The notes under the pieces: model-generated
Told to the model about the DNA's origin: nothing
What the model saw: the letters and a program-made list of their open reading frames with translations, nothing else
The model's database searches: none
Source of the DNA: Eledone cirrhosa
Lineage: Eukaryota
Direction of reading: 5' to 3'
Assembly (NCBI GenBank): GCA_964016885.1
Contig: OZ024748.1
Span: forward strand, 54,684,001 to 54,748,000
Length of the DNA stretch: 64,000 nucleotides
Translations under genes and position numbers: made by a program
Shown: positions 18,811-39,019 of the stretch, piece by piece
How the letters are laid out: every line of letters starts with the position of its first letter
Position numbering within the stretch: the first letter of the stretch is position 1

Positions 18811-19211
18811 CATATATATATATATATTACATATATTTATATATATATACATATATATATTACATATATTTATATATATACATATATTTATATATATATA
18901 TAACATATATATATATATTACATATTTATATATATATATATATATATTACATATATATATATATTACATATATATATATATATATATATATATTAGATAT
19001 ATATATATATATTACATATATTTATATATATATATATATATTACATTTATATATATTACATATATATATATATTACATATATATATATGTATTACATATA
19101 CATATATATATTACATATATATGTATTACATATACATATATATATTACATATATATATATTACATATATATATTTTACATATATATATATATTACATATA
19201 TATATATATAT

Positions 19212-19300
<89 letters not shown>

Positions 19301-19309
19301 CATATATAT

Positions 19310-19393
<84 letters not shown>

Positions 19394-19408
19394 ATATATA
19401 TATATATG

Positions 19409-19439
<31 letters not shown>

Positions 19440-19448
19440 ACATATATA

Positions 19449-19625
<177 letters not shown>

Positions 19626-19648
19626 TATGTAATATATATATATATATG

Positions 19649-19690
<42 letters not shown>

Positions 19691-19707
19691 TACATATATA
19701 TATATAT

Positions 19708-19744
<37 letters not shown>

Positions 19745-20094
19745 CATATATATATATATTACATATATTTATATATATATAACATATATATATTACATAT
19801 ATTTATATATATTACATATATTTATATATATATATAACATATATATATATTACATATTTATATATATATATATATATTACATATATATATATATTACATA
19901 TATATATATATATATATATTAGATATATATATATATATATTACATATATATATATATATATATATATTACATATATATATAGTACATATATATATATTAC
20001 ATATATATATATATATATATTACATATATATATATTACATATATATATATATATATATATATATTACATATATATATATTACATATATATATAT

Positions 20095-20139
<45 letters not shown>

Positions 20140-20417
20140 CATATATATATTACATATATATATATATATATATACACATATATATTACATATATATATAT
20201 ATATATTACATATATATATATATATATATAAAATATATATATATATATATTAATATATATATATATATTAATATATATATATATATTAAATATATATATA
20301 TATATATATTTTATATATATATATATATATATGTAATATATATATATATGTAATATATATACATATATGTAATATATATATATATATATATGTAATATAT
20401 ATAAATATATATATGTA

Positions 20418-20454
<37 letters not shown>

Positions 20455-20494
20455 ATATATATATATGTAATATATATATATGTAATTATATATT

Positions 20495-20572
<78 letters not shown>

Positions 20573-20585
20573 ATATATATATATG

Positions 20586-20620
<35 letters not shown>

Positions 20621-20670
20621 ATATATATATATATTACATATATATATATATATATGTAAAATATATTTAT

Positions 20671-20740
<70 letters not shown>

Positions 20741-20865
20741 TACATATATATATATATTACACATATATACATATATATATATATATTACATATATATATA
20801 TTACATATATATATATTACATATATATATATATTACATACATATATATATATATATGTATATGTA

Positions 20866-20909
<44 letters not shown>

Positions 20910-21338
20910 GTATGTAATATATATTATATGTATGTAATATATATAAATATTACATATATATATATATACATATAAATATATATTACATATATATATATAT
21001 ATTACATATATATATATTACATATATATATATATTACATATATATATATATTACATATATATATATATATTACATATTTATATATTACATATATATATAT
21101 ATATATATTACATATATATATTATATATATATTACATATATATATATATATTACATATATATATATTACATATATATATATATATTACATATATATATAT
21201 ATATTACATATATATATATATATTACATATATATGTATTACATATACATATATATATTACATCTATATGTATTACATATACATATATATATTACATATAT
21301 ATATATTACATATATATATATTACATATATATATATAT

Positions 21339-21375
<37 letters not shown>

Positions 21376-21406
21376 ATATTACATATATATATATATGTAA
21401 TATATT

Positions 21407-21524
21407 GTGGATTGGCAGTATTGGTAGAGGGTCGGGTGCCATGCTTTGAAGCATAGAATTACCTCCCTTTATGATCTAAGTTCAAATCCGCCGAGGTTAA
21501 CTTTGCCTTTCATGCTTACTGGGT
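21407..21524 (+). mobile_element. SINE family 1, truncated
   Basis: Homologous to ~3192-3308. Confidence 0.8.
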
Positions 21525-21566
21525 ATATATATATATATATATATATGTAATATATATATATATGTA

Positions 21567-21645
<79 letters not shown>

Positions 21646-21660
21646 CATATATATATATAT

Positions 21661-21707
<47 letters not shown>

Positions 21708-22063
21708 TACATATATTTATATATATATATAACATATATATATATATTACATATTTATATATATATATATATATATTACATATATATATATATTACATAT
21801 ATATATATATATATATATTAGATATATATATATATATTACATATATTTATATATATATATATATTTTACATTTATATATATTACATATATATATATATTA
21901 CATATATATATATGTATTACATATACATATATATTACATATATATGTATTACATATACATATATATATTACATATATATATATTACATATATATATTTTA
22001 CATATATATATATATTACATATATATATATATATTACATATATATATATATATATATATATAT

Positions 22064-22145
<82 letters not shown>

Positions 22146-22169
22146 ATGTAATATATATATATATATGTA

Positions 22170-22201
<32 letters not shown>

Positions 22202-22214
22202 TATATATATATAT

Positions 22215-22267
<53 letters not shown>

Positions 22268-22645
22268 CATATATATATATATATTACATATATTTATATA
22301 TATATAACATATATATATTACATATATTTATATATATTACATATATTTATATATATATATATAACATATATATATATTACATATTTATATATATATATAT
22401 ATATATTTTACATATATATATATATTACATATATATATATATATATATATTAGATATATATATATATATATTACATATATTTATATATATATATATATTA
22501 CATTTATATATATTACATATATATATATATTACATATATATTTATATATTACATATATATATATATATTACATATATATATTACATATATATATATATAT
22601 TACATATATATATATATATATATTTACATATATATATATATATAT

Positions 22646-22686
<41 letters not shown>

Positions 22687-23118
22687 TATATATATATATT
22701 AATATATATATATATATTAATATATATATATATATTAATATATATATATATATATATATATTTTATATATATATATATATATATGTAATATATATATATA
22801 TATATATGTAATATATATACATATATGTAATATATATATATATATAATATGTAATATATATAAATATATATATGTAATATATATTATATGTATGTAATAT
22901 ATATAAATATTACATATATATATTACATATAAATATATATTACATATATATATATATATTACATATATATATTACATATATATATATATTATATATATAT
23001 ATATATTACATATATATATATATTACATATATATATATATATTACATATATATATATATATATATATTACATATATATATATATATTACATACATATATA
23101 TATATATATGTATATGTA

Positions 23119-23160
<42 letters not shown>

Positions 23161-23666
23161 GTATGTAATATATATTATATGTATGTAATATATATAAATA
23201 TTACATATATATATATATTACATATAAATATATATTACATATATATATATATATTACATATATATATATTACATATATATATATATTACATATATATATA
23301 TATTACATATATATATATATATTACATATATATATATATTACATATATATATATATATATTACATATATATATATATTACATATATATATATAATTACAT
23401 ATATATATATATATTACATATATATATATATATATATATATTACATATATATATATATATTACATATATATATATTACATATATATATATATATTACATA
23501 TATATATATATATTACATATATATATATATATTACATATATATGTATTACATATACATATATATATTACATATATATGTATTACATATACATATATATAT
23601 TACATATATATATATTACATATATATATATTACATATATATATATATTACATATATATATATATAT

Positions 23667-23786
<120 letters not shown>

Positions 23787-23917
23787 CATATATATATATA
23801 TATTACATATATTTATATATATATAACATATATATATATTACATATATTTATATATATATAACATATATATATATTACATATTTATATATATATATGTAT
23901 ATTACATATATATATAT

Positions 23918-23957
<40 letters not shown>

Positions 23958-24363
23958 TATATATATATATTACATATATTTATATATATATATATATATA
24001 TTACATTTATATATATTACATATATATATATATATTACATATATATATATTACATATATATATATATATTACATATATATATATATTACATATATATATA
24101 TATATATATTACATAAATATATTACATATATATATTACATATTATATATATTACATATATATATATTACATATATATATATTACATATATATATATACAT
24201 ATTACATATATATATATATTACATATATATATATATATATATATATTACACACATATATATATATATATATATTACATATATATGTATTACACATATATA
24301 TATATATATATATATTACATATATATATTACATATATATATTTTACATATATATATATTACAT

Positions 24364-24396
<33 letters not shown>

Positions 24397-24411
24397 TACA
24401 TATATATATAT

Positions 24412-24460
<49 letters not shown>

Positions 24461-24528
24461 CATATATATATATTACATATATATATATATATATTACATA
24501 TATATATTCCATATATATATATATATAT

Positions 24529-24587
<59 letters not shown>

Positions 24588-24934
24588 TATATATATATAT
24601 TAATATATATATATATATATTAATATATATATATTAATATATATATATATTAATATATATATATATATATATATATTTTATATATATATATATATATATG
24701 TAATATATCTATATATATATGTAATATATATATATATATATATGTAATATATATACATATGTGTAATATATCTATATATATATATGTAATATATATAAAT
24801 ATATATATGTAATATAGATATATATATATATATATACATGTAATATATATATATGTAATATATATATATGTAATATATAATATATGTAATATATATATAT
24901 ATATGTATATATATATATGTAATATATATATATG

Positions 24935-24971
<37 letters not shown>

Positions 24972-24983
24972 ATATATATTATG

Positions 24984-25020
<37 letters not shown>

Positions 25021-25074
25021 ATATATATATATATTACATATATATATATATATATATATGTAATATATATTTAT

Positions 25075-25221
<147 letters not shown>

Positions 25222-25358
25222 CATATATATATATTACACATATATACATATATATATATATATACATTACATATATATATATTACTTATATATATATTAC
25301 ATATATATATATTACATATATATATATATATTACATATATATGTATATATATATGTAA

Positions 25359-25393
<35 letters not shown>

Positions 25394-25832
25394 GTATGTA
25401 ATATATATTATATGTATGTAATATTATATAAATATTACATATATATATATATATTACATATAAATATATATTACATATATATATATATATATTACATATA
25501 TATATATATATATTACATATATATATATATATATATTACATATATATATATATTACATATATATATATATTACATATATATATATATATTACATATATGT
25601 ATATATTACATATATATATATATATATATTACATATATATATATATATTACATATATATATATTACATATATATATATATATTACATATATATATATATA
25701 TTACATATATATATATATATTACATATATATATATTACATATACATATATATATTACATATATATATATTACATATATATATATACTACATATATATATA
25801 TATATATTACATATATATATATATATATATAT

Positions 25833-25874
<42 letters not shown>

Positions 25875-25901
25875 TATATATATATTACATATACATATAT
25901 A

Positions 25902-25937
<36 letters not shown>

Positions 25938-25955
25938 TTACATATATATATATAT

Positions 25956-26034
<79 letters not shown>

Positions 26035-26192
26035 CATATATATATATATATTACATATATTTATATATATATAACATATATATATATTACATATATTTAT
26101 ATATATTACATATATTTATATATATATAACATATATATATATTACATATTTATATATATATATATATATATATATTACATATATATATATAT

Positions 26193-26223
<31 letters not shown>

Positions 26224-26339
26224 TACATTTATATATATTACATATATATATATATATTACATATATTATATATATTACATATATATATATATATTACATA
26301 TATATATTACATATATATATATTACATATATATATATAT

Positions 26340-26396
<57 letters not shown>

Positions 26397-26606
26397 CATA
26401 TATATATATATATATTACATATATATATATTACATATATATATATATATTACATATATATATATATATTACATATATATATATATATTACATATATATAT
26501 ATTACATATACATATATATATTACATATATATATATATTACATATATATATATTACATATATATATATATTACATATATATATATATTACATATATATAT
26601 ATATAT

Positions 26607-26651
<45 letters not shown>

Positions 26652-26666
26652 CATATATATATATAT

Positions 26667-26743
<77 letters not shown>

Positions 26744-26902
26744 CATATATATATATATATTACATATATTTATATATATATAACATATATATATATTACA
26801 TATATTTATATATATTACATATATTTATATATATATAACATATATATATATTACATATTTATATATATATATATATATATATATTACATATATATATATT
26901 AC

Positions 26903-26935
<33 letters not shown>

Positions 26936-27367
26936 ATATATATTACATATATTTATATATATATAATATTACATTTATATATATTACATATATATATATA
27001 TATTACATATATATATATATATTACATATATATATATATATATTACATATATATATTACATATATATATATTACATATATATATATATTACATATATATA
27101 TATTACATATATATATATTTTACATATATATATATTACATATATATATATTACATATATATATATTACATATATATATATACATATTACATATATATATA
27201 TATATATTACATATATATATATATATATATTACACACATATATATATATATATATTACATATATATATATTACATATATATATATATATATATATATATT
27301 ACATATATATATATTACATATATATATATATTATATATATATTACATATATATATATTACATATATA

Positions 27368-27878
27368 TAAAATAAAGTTAAATAAAAGTCAAATGATTAA
27401 AATTTAGCTTCGTTTATTAGTGCTAGTGACAGCCATCTTTGGCTGTGACCTCTTCAGGCAGTTTGAATTAGTATGGTATAGACAAGTACATATGTTGTTT
27501 AGGTGTATGATATTGTCAATACTCTGATATGCCCAGTTCCTTGCTGGGTGTTAATTCACTGAGGAACTGGAGTCATATGACTCCAGTTCCTCAGTGAATT
27601 AACAATATTATACAATATTGACAATATTATACACCTAAACAACATATGTACTTGTCTATACCATACTAATTCAAACTGCCTGAAGAGGTCACAGCCAAAG
27701 ATGGCTGTCACTGAAATATATATAGCAGTAATAAACGAAGCTAAATTTTAATCATTTGACTTTTATTTAACTTTATTTTACACTACTCCGGAGTAACCAA
27801 ACCAACCTGCGCACTTCGTCGAGTGCTCCAGCCTGCATACTGAGGTGTTGGTATACAACCAACATAAACTCAAAATCT
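27368..27878 (+). mobile_element. Family E HHR-bearing pLTR-like fold-back palindrome
   Basis: Arms 27368-27576 / 27577-27780, axis GGAGTCAT|ATGACTCC, plus ~100 bp unique 3' tail; inside the TA satellite. Confidence 0.8.
27675..27729 (+). ncRNA. Minimal type I hammerhead ribozyme
   Basis: ACTGC-CTGAAGA-GGTCACAGCCA AAGA TGGCTGTCACT-GAAA-T ATAT ATA-GCAGT; perfect 5-bp stem I and strong stem II. Confidence 0.85.
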
Positions 27879-27928
27879 ATTACATATATATATATATATT
27901 ACATATATTATATTACATATATATATAT

Positions 27929-27967
<39 letters not shown>

Positions 27968-28185
27968 CATATATATATTACATATATATATATATATATA
28001 TATTACATATATATATTACATATATATATATATATATTACATATATATATTACATATATATATATATATATATATTACATATATATATATATTACATATA
28101 TATATATATATATATTACATATATATATATATATATTAATATATATATATATATTAATATATATATATATATATTAATATATATA

Positions 28186-28294
28186 CACCGAAAGTGATTT
28201 TTCATTACATCTCTTCTTTCCATGATATCCGGAATACATTGAGTTCTTCATACGGATTGGACACTACCGTAAACTCTTGGTAGATTTATCTACA
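28186..28294 (+). mobile_element. Family A 3' fragment (A4)
   Basis: Matches ~12897-13005. Confidence 0.85.
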
Positions 28295-28525
28295 TATATA
28301 TATATATTTTATATATATATATATATATATGTAATATATCTATATATATATGTAATATATATATATATATATATGTAATATATATATATATATGTAATAT
28401 ATATAAATAATATATATGTAATATAGATATATATATATATACATGTAATATATATATATGTAATATATATATATATGTAATATATATATATATATGCATA
28501 TATATATATGTAATATATATATATG

Positions 28526-28560
<35 letters not shown>

Positions 28561-28647
28561 ATATATATATATATATATTACATATATATATATATATATA
28601 TATATGTAATATATATTTATTACATATATATATATATATATAAATAT

Positions 28648-28790
<143 letters not shown>

Positions 28791-28937
28791 CATATATATA
28801 TATTACACATATATACATATATATATATATATATATATTACATATATATATATTACATATATATATATATTTTACATATATATATATTACATATATATAT
28901 ATATATTACATACATATATATATATATATATATATGT

Positions 28938-28969
<32 letters not shown>

Positions 28970-29180
28970 CGTATGTAATATATATAAATATTACATATAT
29001 ATATTTATTACATATAAATATATATTACATATATATATATATATTACATATATATATATATTACATATATATATATATATATTACATATATATATATTAC
29101 ATATATATATATATATTACATATATATATATATATTACATATATATATATTACATATATAAAACATATATATATATATAT

Positions 29181-29223
<43 letters not shown>

Positions 29224-29224
29224 C

Positions 29225-29255
<31 letters not shown>

Positions 29256-29258
29256 TAT

Positions 29259-29345
<87 letters not shown>

Positions 29346-30104
29346 CATTTATATTTATAATATTACATAGATATATACATATATATTTATATATATATAA
29401 CATATATATATATTACATATATTTATATATATTACATATATTTATATATATATAACATATATATATATTACATATTTATATATATATATATATATATTAC
29501 ATATATATATATATTACATATATATATATATATATATATTAGATATATATATATTACATATATTTATATATATATATATATATATTACATTTATATATAT
29601 TACATATATATATATATTTACATATATATATATATATATTACATATATATATATATTACATATATATATATATTACATATATATATTACATATATATATA
29701 TTACATATATATATATATTACATATATATATATTACATATATATAAATACATATTACATATATATATATATATATTACATATATATATATATATATTACA
29801 CACATATATATATATATATATTACATATATATATATTACATATATATATATATATATATATTACATATATATAATATTACATATATATATATTATATATA
29901 TATATATTACATATATATATATATTACATATATATATATATATATATTACATATATATATATTACATATATATATATTATATATATATATATATATTACA
30001 TATATATATTACATATATATATATATATATATTACATATATATATTACATATATATATATATATATTACATATATATATATATTACACATATATATATAT
30101 ATAT

Positions 30105-30151
<47 letters not shown>

Positions 30152-30257
30152 TATATATATATATTAATATATATATATATATTAATATATATATATATAT
30201 ATTAATATATATATATATATTAATATATATATATATATATTAATATATATATATATA

Positions 30258-30289
<32 letters not shown>

Positions 30290-30456
30290 GTAATATATCT
30301 ATATATATATGTAATATATATATATATATATGTAATATATATATATATGTAATATATATAAATATATATATGTAATATAGATATATATATATATATATAT
30401 ATACATGTAATATATATATATGTAATATATATATATGTAATATATATATATATATG

Positions 30457-30493
<37 letters not shown>

Positions 30494-30601
30494 ATATATA
30501 TATATGTAATATATATATACATATATATATATGTAACATATATATATATATGTAATATATATTTATTACATATATTTATATATATATATATATATATATA
30601 T

Positions 30602-30695
<94 letters not shown>

Positions 30696-30843
30696 CATAT
30701 ATATATATTACACATATATATATATATATATTACATATATATATATTACATATATATATTACATATATATATATATATTACATATATATATATTACATAT
30801 ATATATATATTACATATATATATATATATATATATGTAATATA

Positions 30844-30878
<35 letters not shown>

Positions 30879-31043
30879 GTATGTAATATATATAAATATT
30901 ACATATATATATATATTACATATAAATATATATTACATATATATATATATATATTACATATATATATATATATTACATATATATATATATATATTAATAT
31001 ATATATATATATTAATATATATATATATATATTAATATATATA

Positions 31044-31152
31044 CACCGAAAGTGATTTTTCATTACATCTCTTCTTTCCATGATATCCGGAATACATTGA
31101 GTTCTTCATACGGATTGGACACTACCGTAAACTCTTGGTAGATTTATCTACA
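31044..31152 (+). mobile_element. Family A 3' fragment (A5), duplicate of A4
   Basis: Same breakpoints and flanks as 28186-28294, 2858 bp downstream. Confidence 0.85.
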
Positions 31153-31386
31153 TATATATATATATTTTATATATATATATATATATATGTAATATATCTA
31201 TATATATATGTAATATATATATATATATATATGTAATATATATATATATATATATGTAATATATATAAATATATATATGTAATATAGATATATATATATA
31301 TACATGTAATATATATATATGTAATATATATATATATGTAATATATATATATATATGTATATATATATATGTAATATATATATATG

Positions 31387-31425
<39 letters not shown>

Positions 31426-31485
31426 ATATATATATATATATATTACATATATATATATATATATATATATGTAATATATATTTAT

Positions 31486-31617
<132 letters not shown>

Positions 31618-31758
31618 CATATATATATATTACACATATATACATATATATATATATATATATTACATATATATATATTACATATATATATATTACATAT
31701 ATATATATTACATATATATATATATATTACATACATATATATATATATATATATATGT

Positions 31759-31790
<32 letters not shown>

Positions 31791-32000
31791 CGTATGTAAT
31801 ATATATAAATATTACATATATATATATATTACATATAAATATATATTACATATATTATATATATTACATATATATATATATTACATATATATATATATAT
31901 ATTACATATATATATATTACATATATATATATATATTACATATATATATATATATTACATATATATATATTACATATATAAAACATATATATATATATAT

Positions 32001-32039
<39 letters not shown>

Positions 32040-32040
32040 C

Positions 32041-32073
<33 letters not shown>

Positions 32074-32076
32074 TAT

Positions 32077-32165
<89 letters not shown>

Positions 32166-32905
32166 CATATATATTTATAATATTACATAGATATATACAT
32201 ATATATTTATATATATATAACATATATATATATTACATATATTTATATATATTACATATATTTATATATATATAACATATATATATATTACATATTTATA
32301 TATATATATATATATATATTACATATATATATATATTACATATATATATATATATATTAGATATATATATATTACATATATTTATATATATATATATATA
32401 TATTACATTTATATATATTACATATATATATATATTACATATATATATATATATATTACATATATATATATATTACATATATATATATATTACATATATA
32501 TATATATTACATATATATATTACATATATATATATTACATATATATATATATTACATATATATATATTACATATATATAAATACATATTACATATATATA
32601 TATATATATATATTACATATAATATATATATATTACACACATATATATATATATATATTACATATATATATATTACATATATATATATATATATATATAT
32701 TACATATATATATATTACATATATATATATTATATATATATATATTACATATATATATATATTACATATATATATATATATATTACATATATATATATTA
32801 CATATATATATATTATATATATATAAATATATTACATATATATATTACATATATATATATATATATATTACATATATATATTACATATATATATATATAT
32901 ATTAC

Positions 32906-32937
<32 letters not shown>

Positions 32938-33043
32938 TATATATATATATTAATATATATATATATATTAATATATATATATATATATTAATATATATAT
33001 ATATATTAATATATATATATATATATTAATATATATATATATA

Positions 33044-33077
<34 letters not shown>

Positions 33078-33387
33078 GTAATATATCTATATATATATGT
33101 AATATATATATATATATATGTAATATATATATATATGTAATATATATAAATATATATATGTAATATAGATATATATATATATATATATATACATGTAATA
33201 TATATATATGTAATATATATATATGTAATATATATATATATATGTAATATATATATATATATATATGTATATATATGTAATATATATATATGTAATATAT
33301 ATATACATATATATATATGTAACATATATATATATATGTAATATATATTTATTACATATATTTATATATATATATATATATATATAT

Positions 33388-33481
<94 letters not shown>

Positions 33482-33632
33482 CATATATATATATTACACA
33501 TATATATATATATATATATTACATATATATATATTACATATATATATTACATATATATATATATATTACATATATATATATTACATATATATATATATTA
33601 CATATATATTATATATATATATATGTAATATA

Positions 33633-33667
<35 letters not shown>

Positions 33668-33981
33668 GTATGTAATATATATAAATATTACATATATATA
33701 TATATTACATATAAATATATATTACATATATATATATATATATTACATATATATATATATATTACATATATATATATATATTACATATATATATATTACA
33801 TATATATATATATTACATATATATATATATTACATATATATATATATATATTACATATATATATATTACATATACATATATATATTACATATATATATAT
33901 TACATATATATATATTACATATATATATATATTACATATATATATATTACATATATATATATATTACATATATATATATAT

Positions 33982-34020
<39 letters not shown>

Positions 34021-34106
34021 CATATATATATATATATAACATATATATATAGATATATATATTACATATATATATATATATAACACATATATATATATAT
34101 ATATAT

Positions 34107-34143
<37 letters not shown>

Positions 34144-34168
34144 CATATATATATATATATATATATAT

Positions 34169-34260
<92 letters not shown>

Positions 34261-34280
34261 TACATATATATATATATTAC

Positions 34281-34344
<64 letters not shown>

Positions 34345-34449
34345 ATATTACATATATATATATATATTACATATATTTATATATATATAACATATATATA
34401 TTACATATTTATATATATATATATATATATTACATATATATATATATAT

Positions 34450-34539
<90 letters not shown>

Positions 34540-34562
34540 ATATTACATATATATATATATAT

Positions 34563-34613
<51 letters not shown>

Positions 34614-34630
34614 CATATATATATATATAT

Positions 34631-34708
<78 letters not shown>

Positions 34709-34750
34709 TATGTTATATATATATATATAACATATATATATATATATATA

Positions 34751-34791
<41 letters not shown>

Positions 34792-34815
34792 TATATATAT
34801 AATATATATATATGT

Positions 34816-34851
<36 letters not shown>

Positions 34852-34914
34852 TATATATATATTACTATATATATAATATATATATAACATATATATATAT
34901 ATATTACACACATA

Positions 34915-34957
<43 letters not shown>

Positions 34958-35014
34958 TACTATATATATATATATATATATATTACATATATATATATAT
35001 ATTACCTATATATA

Positions 35015-35054
<40 letters not shown>

Positions 35055-35336
35055 CATATATATATATATAATATATATATATATATATTACATATATTTA
35101 TATATATATATATATTACATTTATATATATATTACATTTATATATATATTACATATATATATATATATATTACATATATATATATATATATATTACATTT
35201 ATATATATATATATATATTACATATATATATATTTCATATATATATATATTATACATATATATTACATATATATATATAATATATATATAATATATATAT
35301 GTAACATATATATATGTAATATATATATATATATAT

Positions 35337-35477
35337 AGCATAGAGTTACGGTCCTTTATGGTCTGAGTTCAAATCCCGCCGAGCTTAATTTTCCCTTCCA
35401 TTCTTTTGGGGTCGATAAAATGAAGTACCAGTAATACACTGGAATAATTGCTGCCCTTTTGCCAGAAGTAGAAACAA
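35337..35477 (+). mobile_element. SINE family 1, 5' truncated
   Basis: GAGTTCAAATCCCGCCGAG...GGGGTCGATAAAATGAAGTACCAG...GTAGAAACAA. Confidence 0.85.
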
Positions 35478-35608
35478 TTATATATATATATATTTACAAT
35501 CATTATATATATATATTTATATATATTTACATTAATTATATATAGAAATTTATATATATATATATTTACATTCATTATATATATATATATATAGATTTGT
35601 ATACACAC

Positions 35609-35639
<31 letters not shown>

Positions 35640-36343
35640 AATATATATGGGTTCTTATGTCTATGTGCGTGTATGTGTGTGTGCTTGTACGTGTGTGTGT
35701 GCCTGTACGTGTGTGTGTGCTTGTATAAAAATAAAAACATAAAGTGAAAGAGAAATATTTTTCAAAATGGCTGCCACATTAATTCAGTTTATCAAAATTG
35801 TGATTTATCAAAAGAAAATAAATTCAAAAAAGAAAAAAATGTCATTGATACGCTATGGCAGTAAAACAACAGATAGGAAAGCTTCATAAGCATTAATGTA
35901 GTCCAGTAATTTACGGAAACGGTGTATAATTACCAATAGTAGCCTTATGCAGAAGCGAGGAACGACCGGAAGTTAGGTAGCGGTGAAGGGGGATAAAAGA
36001 CGGAAATTAAGTGATAGAATGAAAGGACAGTGTTACTAGTGAGACGGGGGAGGGGAATATATTGAAACGTATAGTACTGTGTGTTATATTGTGACGGCGA
36101 AAACTTAGTTATTGTGTGTGTATGTATGTGCGTATATATATATATGTGTATGTATCTGTGTTTTAGTGAGAGCGTTGAAATACGTCTGTTTATGTATGTA
36201 TGTGTGTACATTGTTTTCATAATATACGGTAAGCCGTGTGGGTGTAAGTATAAATTATAAGTTCTGTACGTTTATATGAGGTAACATGAATGTACATCAC
36301 TGTGTGTACGCCATTTTATCATTAAGCAATAGGAGGTGAAGAC

Positions 36344-36434
<91 letters not shown>

Positions 36435-36808
36435 TACTTATTTATACATAGATATGCCTGTGCGCGTGCGTGCAAGCGTGCGTGCGTGCGGCTGTGATTG
36501 TGTAAAAACAACAGAACTCCGTATCTCCCTGATACCATTGAGCTGAAGGACACCTGACAACACCTTACCGTCTAAATAAGGAGATTTTGAAAATATAAAC
36601 CAACGTTGTTTGTGAAGCCCGAATTTTCGAACTCACTAAGCACCAAGGACCGAGAAGAACAATTTCATGCAAAGACAAGACCAAGTTTATGCTATAAATG
36701 GAGTCGTTAGACTAATCTATTTAAAATAACCGAATGTTTTCCAGCCCCGGAGTTTAAGAATGATGTAAATAAAATTGTAAACGAAAATGACAGAAGTTAT
36801 TAAAATAG

Positions 36809-36919
36809 TTGTTTCTACTTTTGGCACAAGGCCAGCAAATACCCAGTACATTACTGGTACTTTATTTTATCGACCCCATAAGGATGAAAGACAAAATTAA
36901 CCTCGACGGGATTTTAACT
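36809..36919 (-). mobile_element. SINE family 1, 5' truncated
   Basis: Reverse complement of the family-1 3' half. Confidence 0.85.
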
Positions 36920-37019
36920 TTGCCTTAAATTAGTAAAAGTAAATAGTGAAGATTTAGGCCAGTACATACGTATACGCCAACGAACATACACATACATACG
37001 CACACAAATACAAACACAC

Positions 37020-37020
37020 A

Positions 37021-37060
<40 letters not shown>

Positions 37061-37459
37061 CCTTATGCATTTCTACAGTATGTTCACCAAACTTAAGACA
37101 TAGGTTGCTTATGTACTCCGGATGGTCATGGGCACTTTCATTTTTCCAGATATTGATTATAGGGCCTCCCGGCAGATAACCCACTTTAACCGCTTCCTTG
37201 GAGTCGACTGAAGCACTGCAGAGCAATGCAACAAAACGTCATAACTTCTGGAGTTCGCAACCGATTTTCACAAAACTTCACACATGGGCTACGTTTGTTC
37301 TACAGATGAATGTGAACTCTCAGAATTATCACATATTGAGTAGGGGACCCTCCGATGATTTTGTAAAAGTATACTTTTCGAAGTAGCACTGATGTACTGA
37401 CATAAATGGTATACATAACTGCTATTTAATTCCCGAGCAACGCCGGGTACCTCTGCTAG
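37020..37459 (+). mobile_element. Non-autonomous Helitron-like element (3' end clear, 5' end approximate)
   Basis: GC hairpin CCCGAGCAACGCCGGG 8 nt upstream of terminal CTAG followed by T; internal (GT)n and CCGATTTTCACAAAACTT. Confidence 0.65.
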
Positions 37460-37795
37460 TACATATATATATAGGGCACTTACATATAATGTACAGGTTT
37501 TGAACATTTCATAGGTTTCTGCAGGGTTTTACCCGAGCTTGACACACAACTTTATTGAATATCGCGCCTCCAAGTTGTCCACACGTCCCAGTGACTGTTA
37601 GCTGTGACAAGACGTGTATGACGGGTAGTGTTTAAAATACTGTAGCAACCTGAATCTTTAACCTGGAAAAATGATTTGGCATGTTGACTCATAACTATAT
37701 CAAGGATGCATTAAAGAAACAGGTACATAGATCAATCAAATGTGCCTGAAATGTCTCAAAACTTCTTGAATGTTCCTCGTAAGTAATAGCTTTAA

Positions 37796-37968
37796 CGGCG
37801 GATTGGGGTCGGACGATATGGTTTGCAGCACAGAGTTACGCCCCTTTATGATCTGAGTTCAAACACCTCCGAGGTTAACTTTGTCTTTCATCCTTACGGG
37901 GTCGATAAAATAAAGTACCAGTAATGCACTGGGATAATTGCTGGTCTTGTGCCCAACGTAGAAACAAT
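37796..37968 (+). mobile_element. SINE family 1
   Basis: Homologous to 3186-3372. Confidence 0.85.
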
Positions 37969-38234
37969 TATTTATTTGTAAGATATTGAATATATTGTAT
38001 CCATACACATTATCGATTATGCGTGCCCTCGAAGTTTGGTATTTACATTCAGTGGTTATGCTACAGTGAGTCCATATTTTGTATATCCATATAAATTCGT
38101 GGTTTATTGTTTAAAGAGTTAGATTTGCAGGATCAGAATTGGTTACCCCAACATTTACACCCTCGACGGCATAGTATCGGCTTCAAAAGACACTAACTAT
38201 ATATATTTATGAAAAATCCGGGACCCCGAATTTT

Positions 38235-38320
38235 TCGTATAACCTACTCTACTACCCCAAGTATCGAGTACTCTGGTGAGTAATGGTCTAACTGGTTTTT
38301 AATGCATCCATTCTGTTAAA
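38235..38320 (+). mobile_element. Diverged family D 3' fragment
   Basis: ACTCTACTACCCCAAGTATCGAGTACTCTGGTGAGTAATGGTC resembles 43056-43098. Confidence 0.6.
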
Positions 38321-38321
38321 T

Positions 38322-38381
<60 letters not shown>

Positions 38382-38426
38382 ATAGTCATACATAAATATA
38401 TTCATATATACATACATATTTATTAT

Positions 38427-39019
38427 ATTTGGGGAGGGTCATATTGTTATAATATTGCCAGAAATAAAAATAAAACACACTCACTGTTTGGTTTGGATTG
38501 GTTTTCGCTTCTGTATATTTTATATCTTTATAGTTAATTTAGCTGGCAATCAATGTTTACCATTGATTGACCAATGGTTATATATATATATATATCATAA
38601 AACATGTCTATAGAATCACTAGATAAAATATATACCGTTTCCTCTCCCAATTAGCATAATTAACGATATAAAAATCAATTAGACCAAGCTATAAGAATGA
38701 AGGCTCCTATGAAGAAATCTCCGACAAATAACCGAAAGCAGCCCCTTCACGATATGAGAAAAACCACAAACCCTCCATCTCAATTCTAAATTTGAAAAGC
38801 ATAAGAACTGTGAAACCGGTAAAGGAACCAAATAAATATTCTTAAAAAGACTCCAGTTGCATTTTCGATTTCATATTTTTTCCTTATATATATATATATA
38901 TAGTCTATCAAAGTTCTTTCATCACACACCTGTGACATCATCAGTGGTACTATTATGTTTCCTCCCGTTGTTTTATTATTATTTATGGCAATATTATTAC
39001 AATATGACCCTCCCCAAAT
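38427..39019. mobile_element. MITE-like element with ~42-bp terminal inverted repeats
   Basis: ATTTGGGGAGGGTCATATTGTTATAATATTGCCAGAAATA vs TATTTATGGCAATATTATTACAATATGACCCTCCCCAAAT. Confidence 0.6.
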
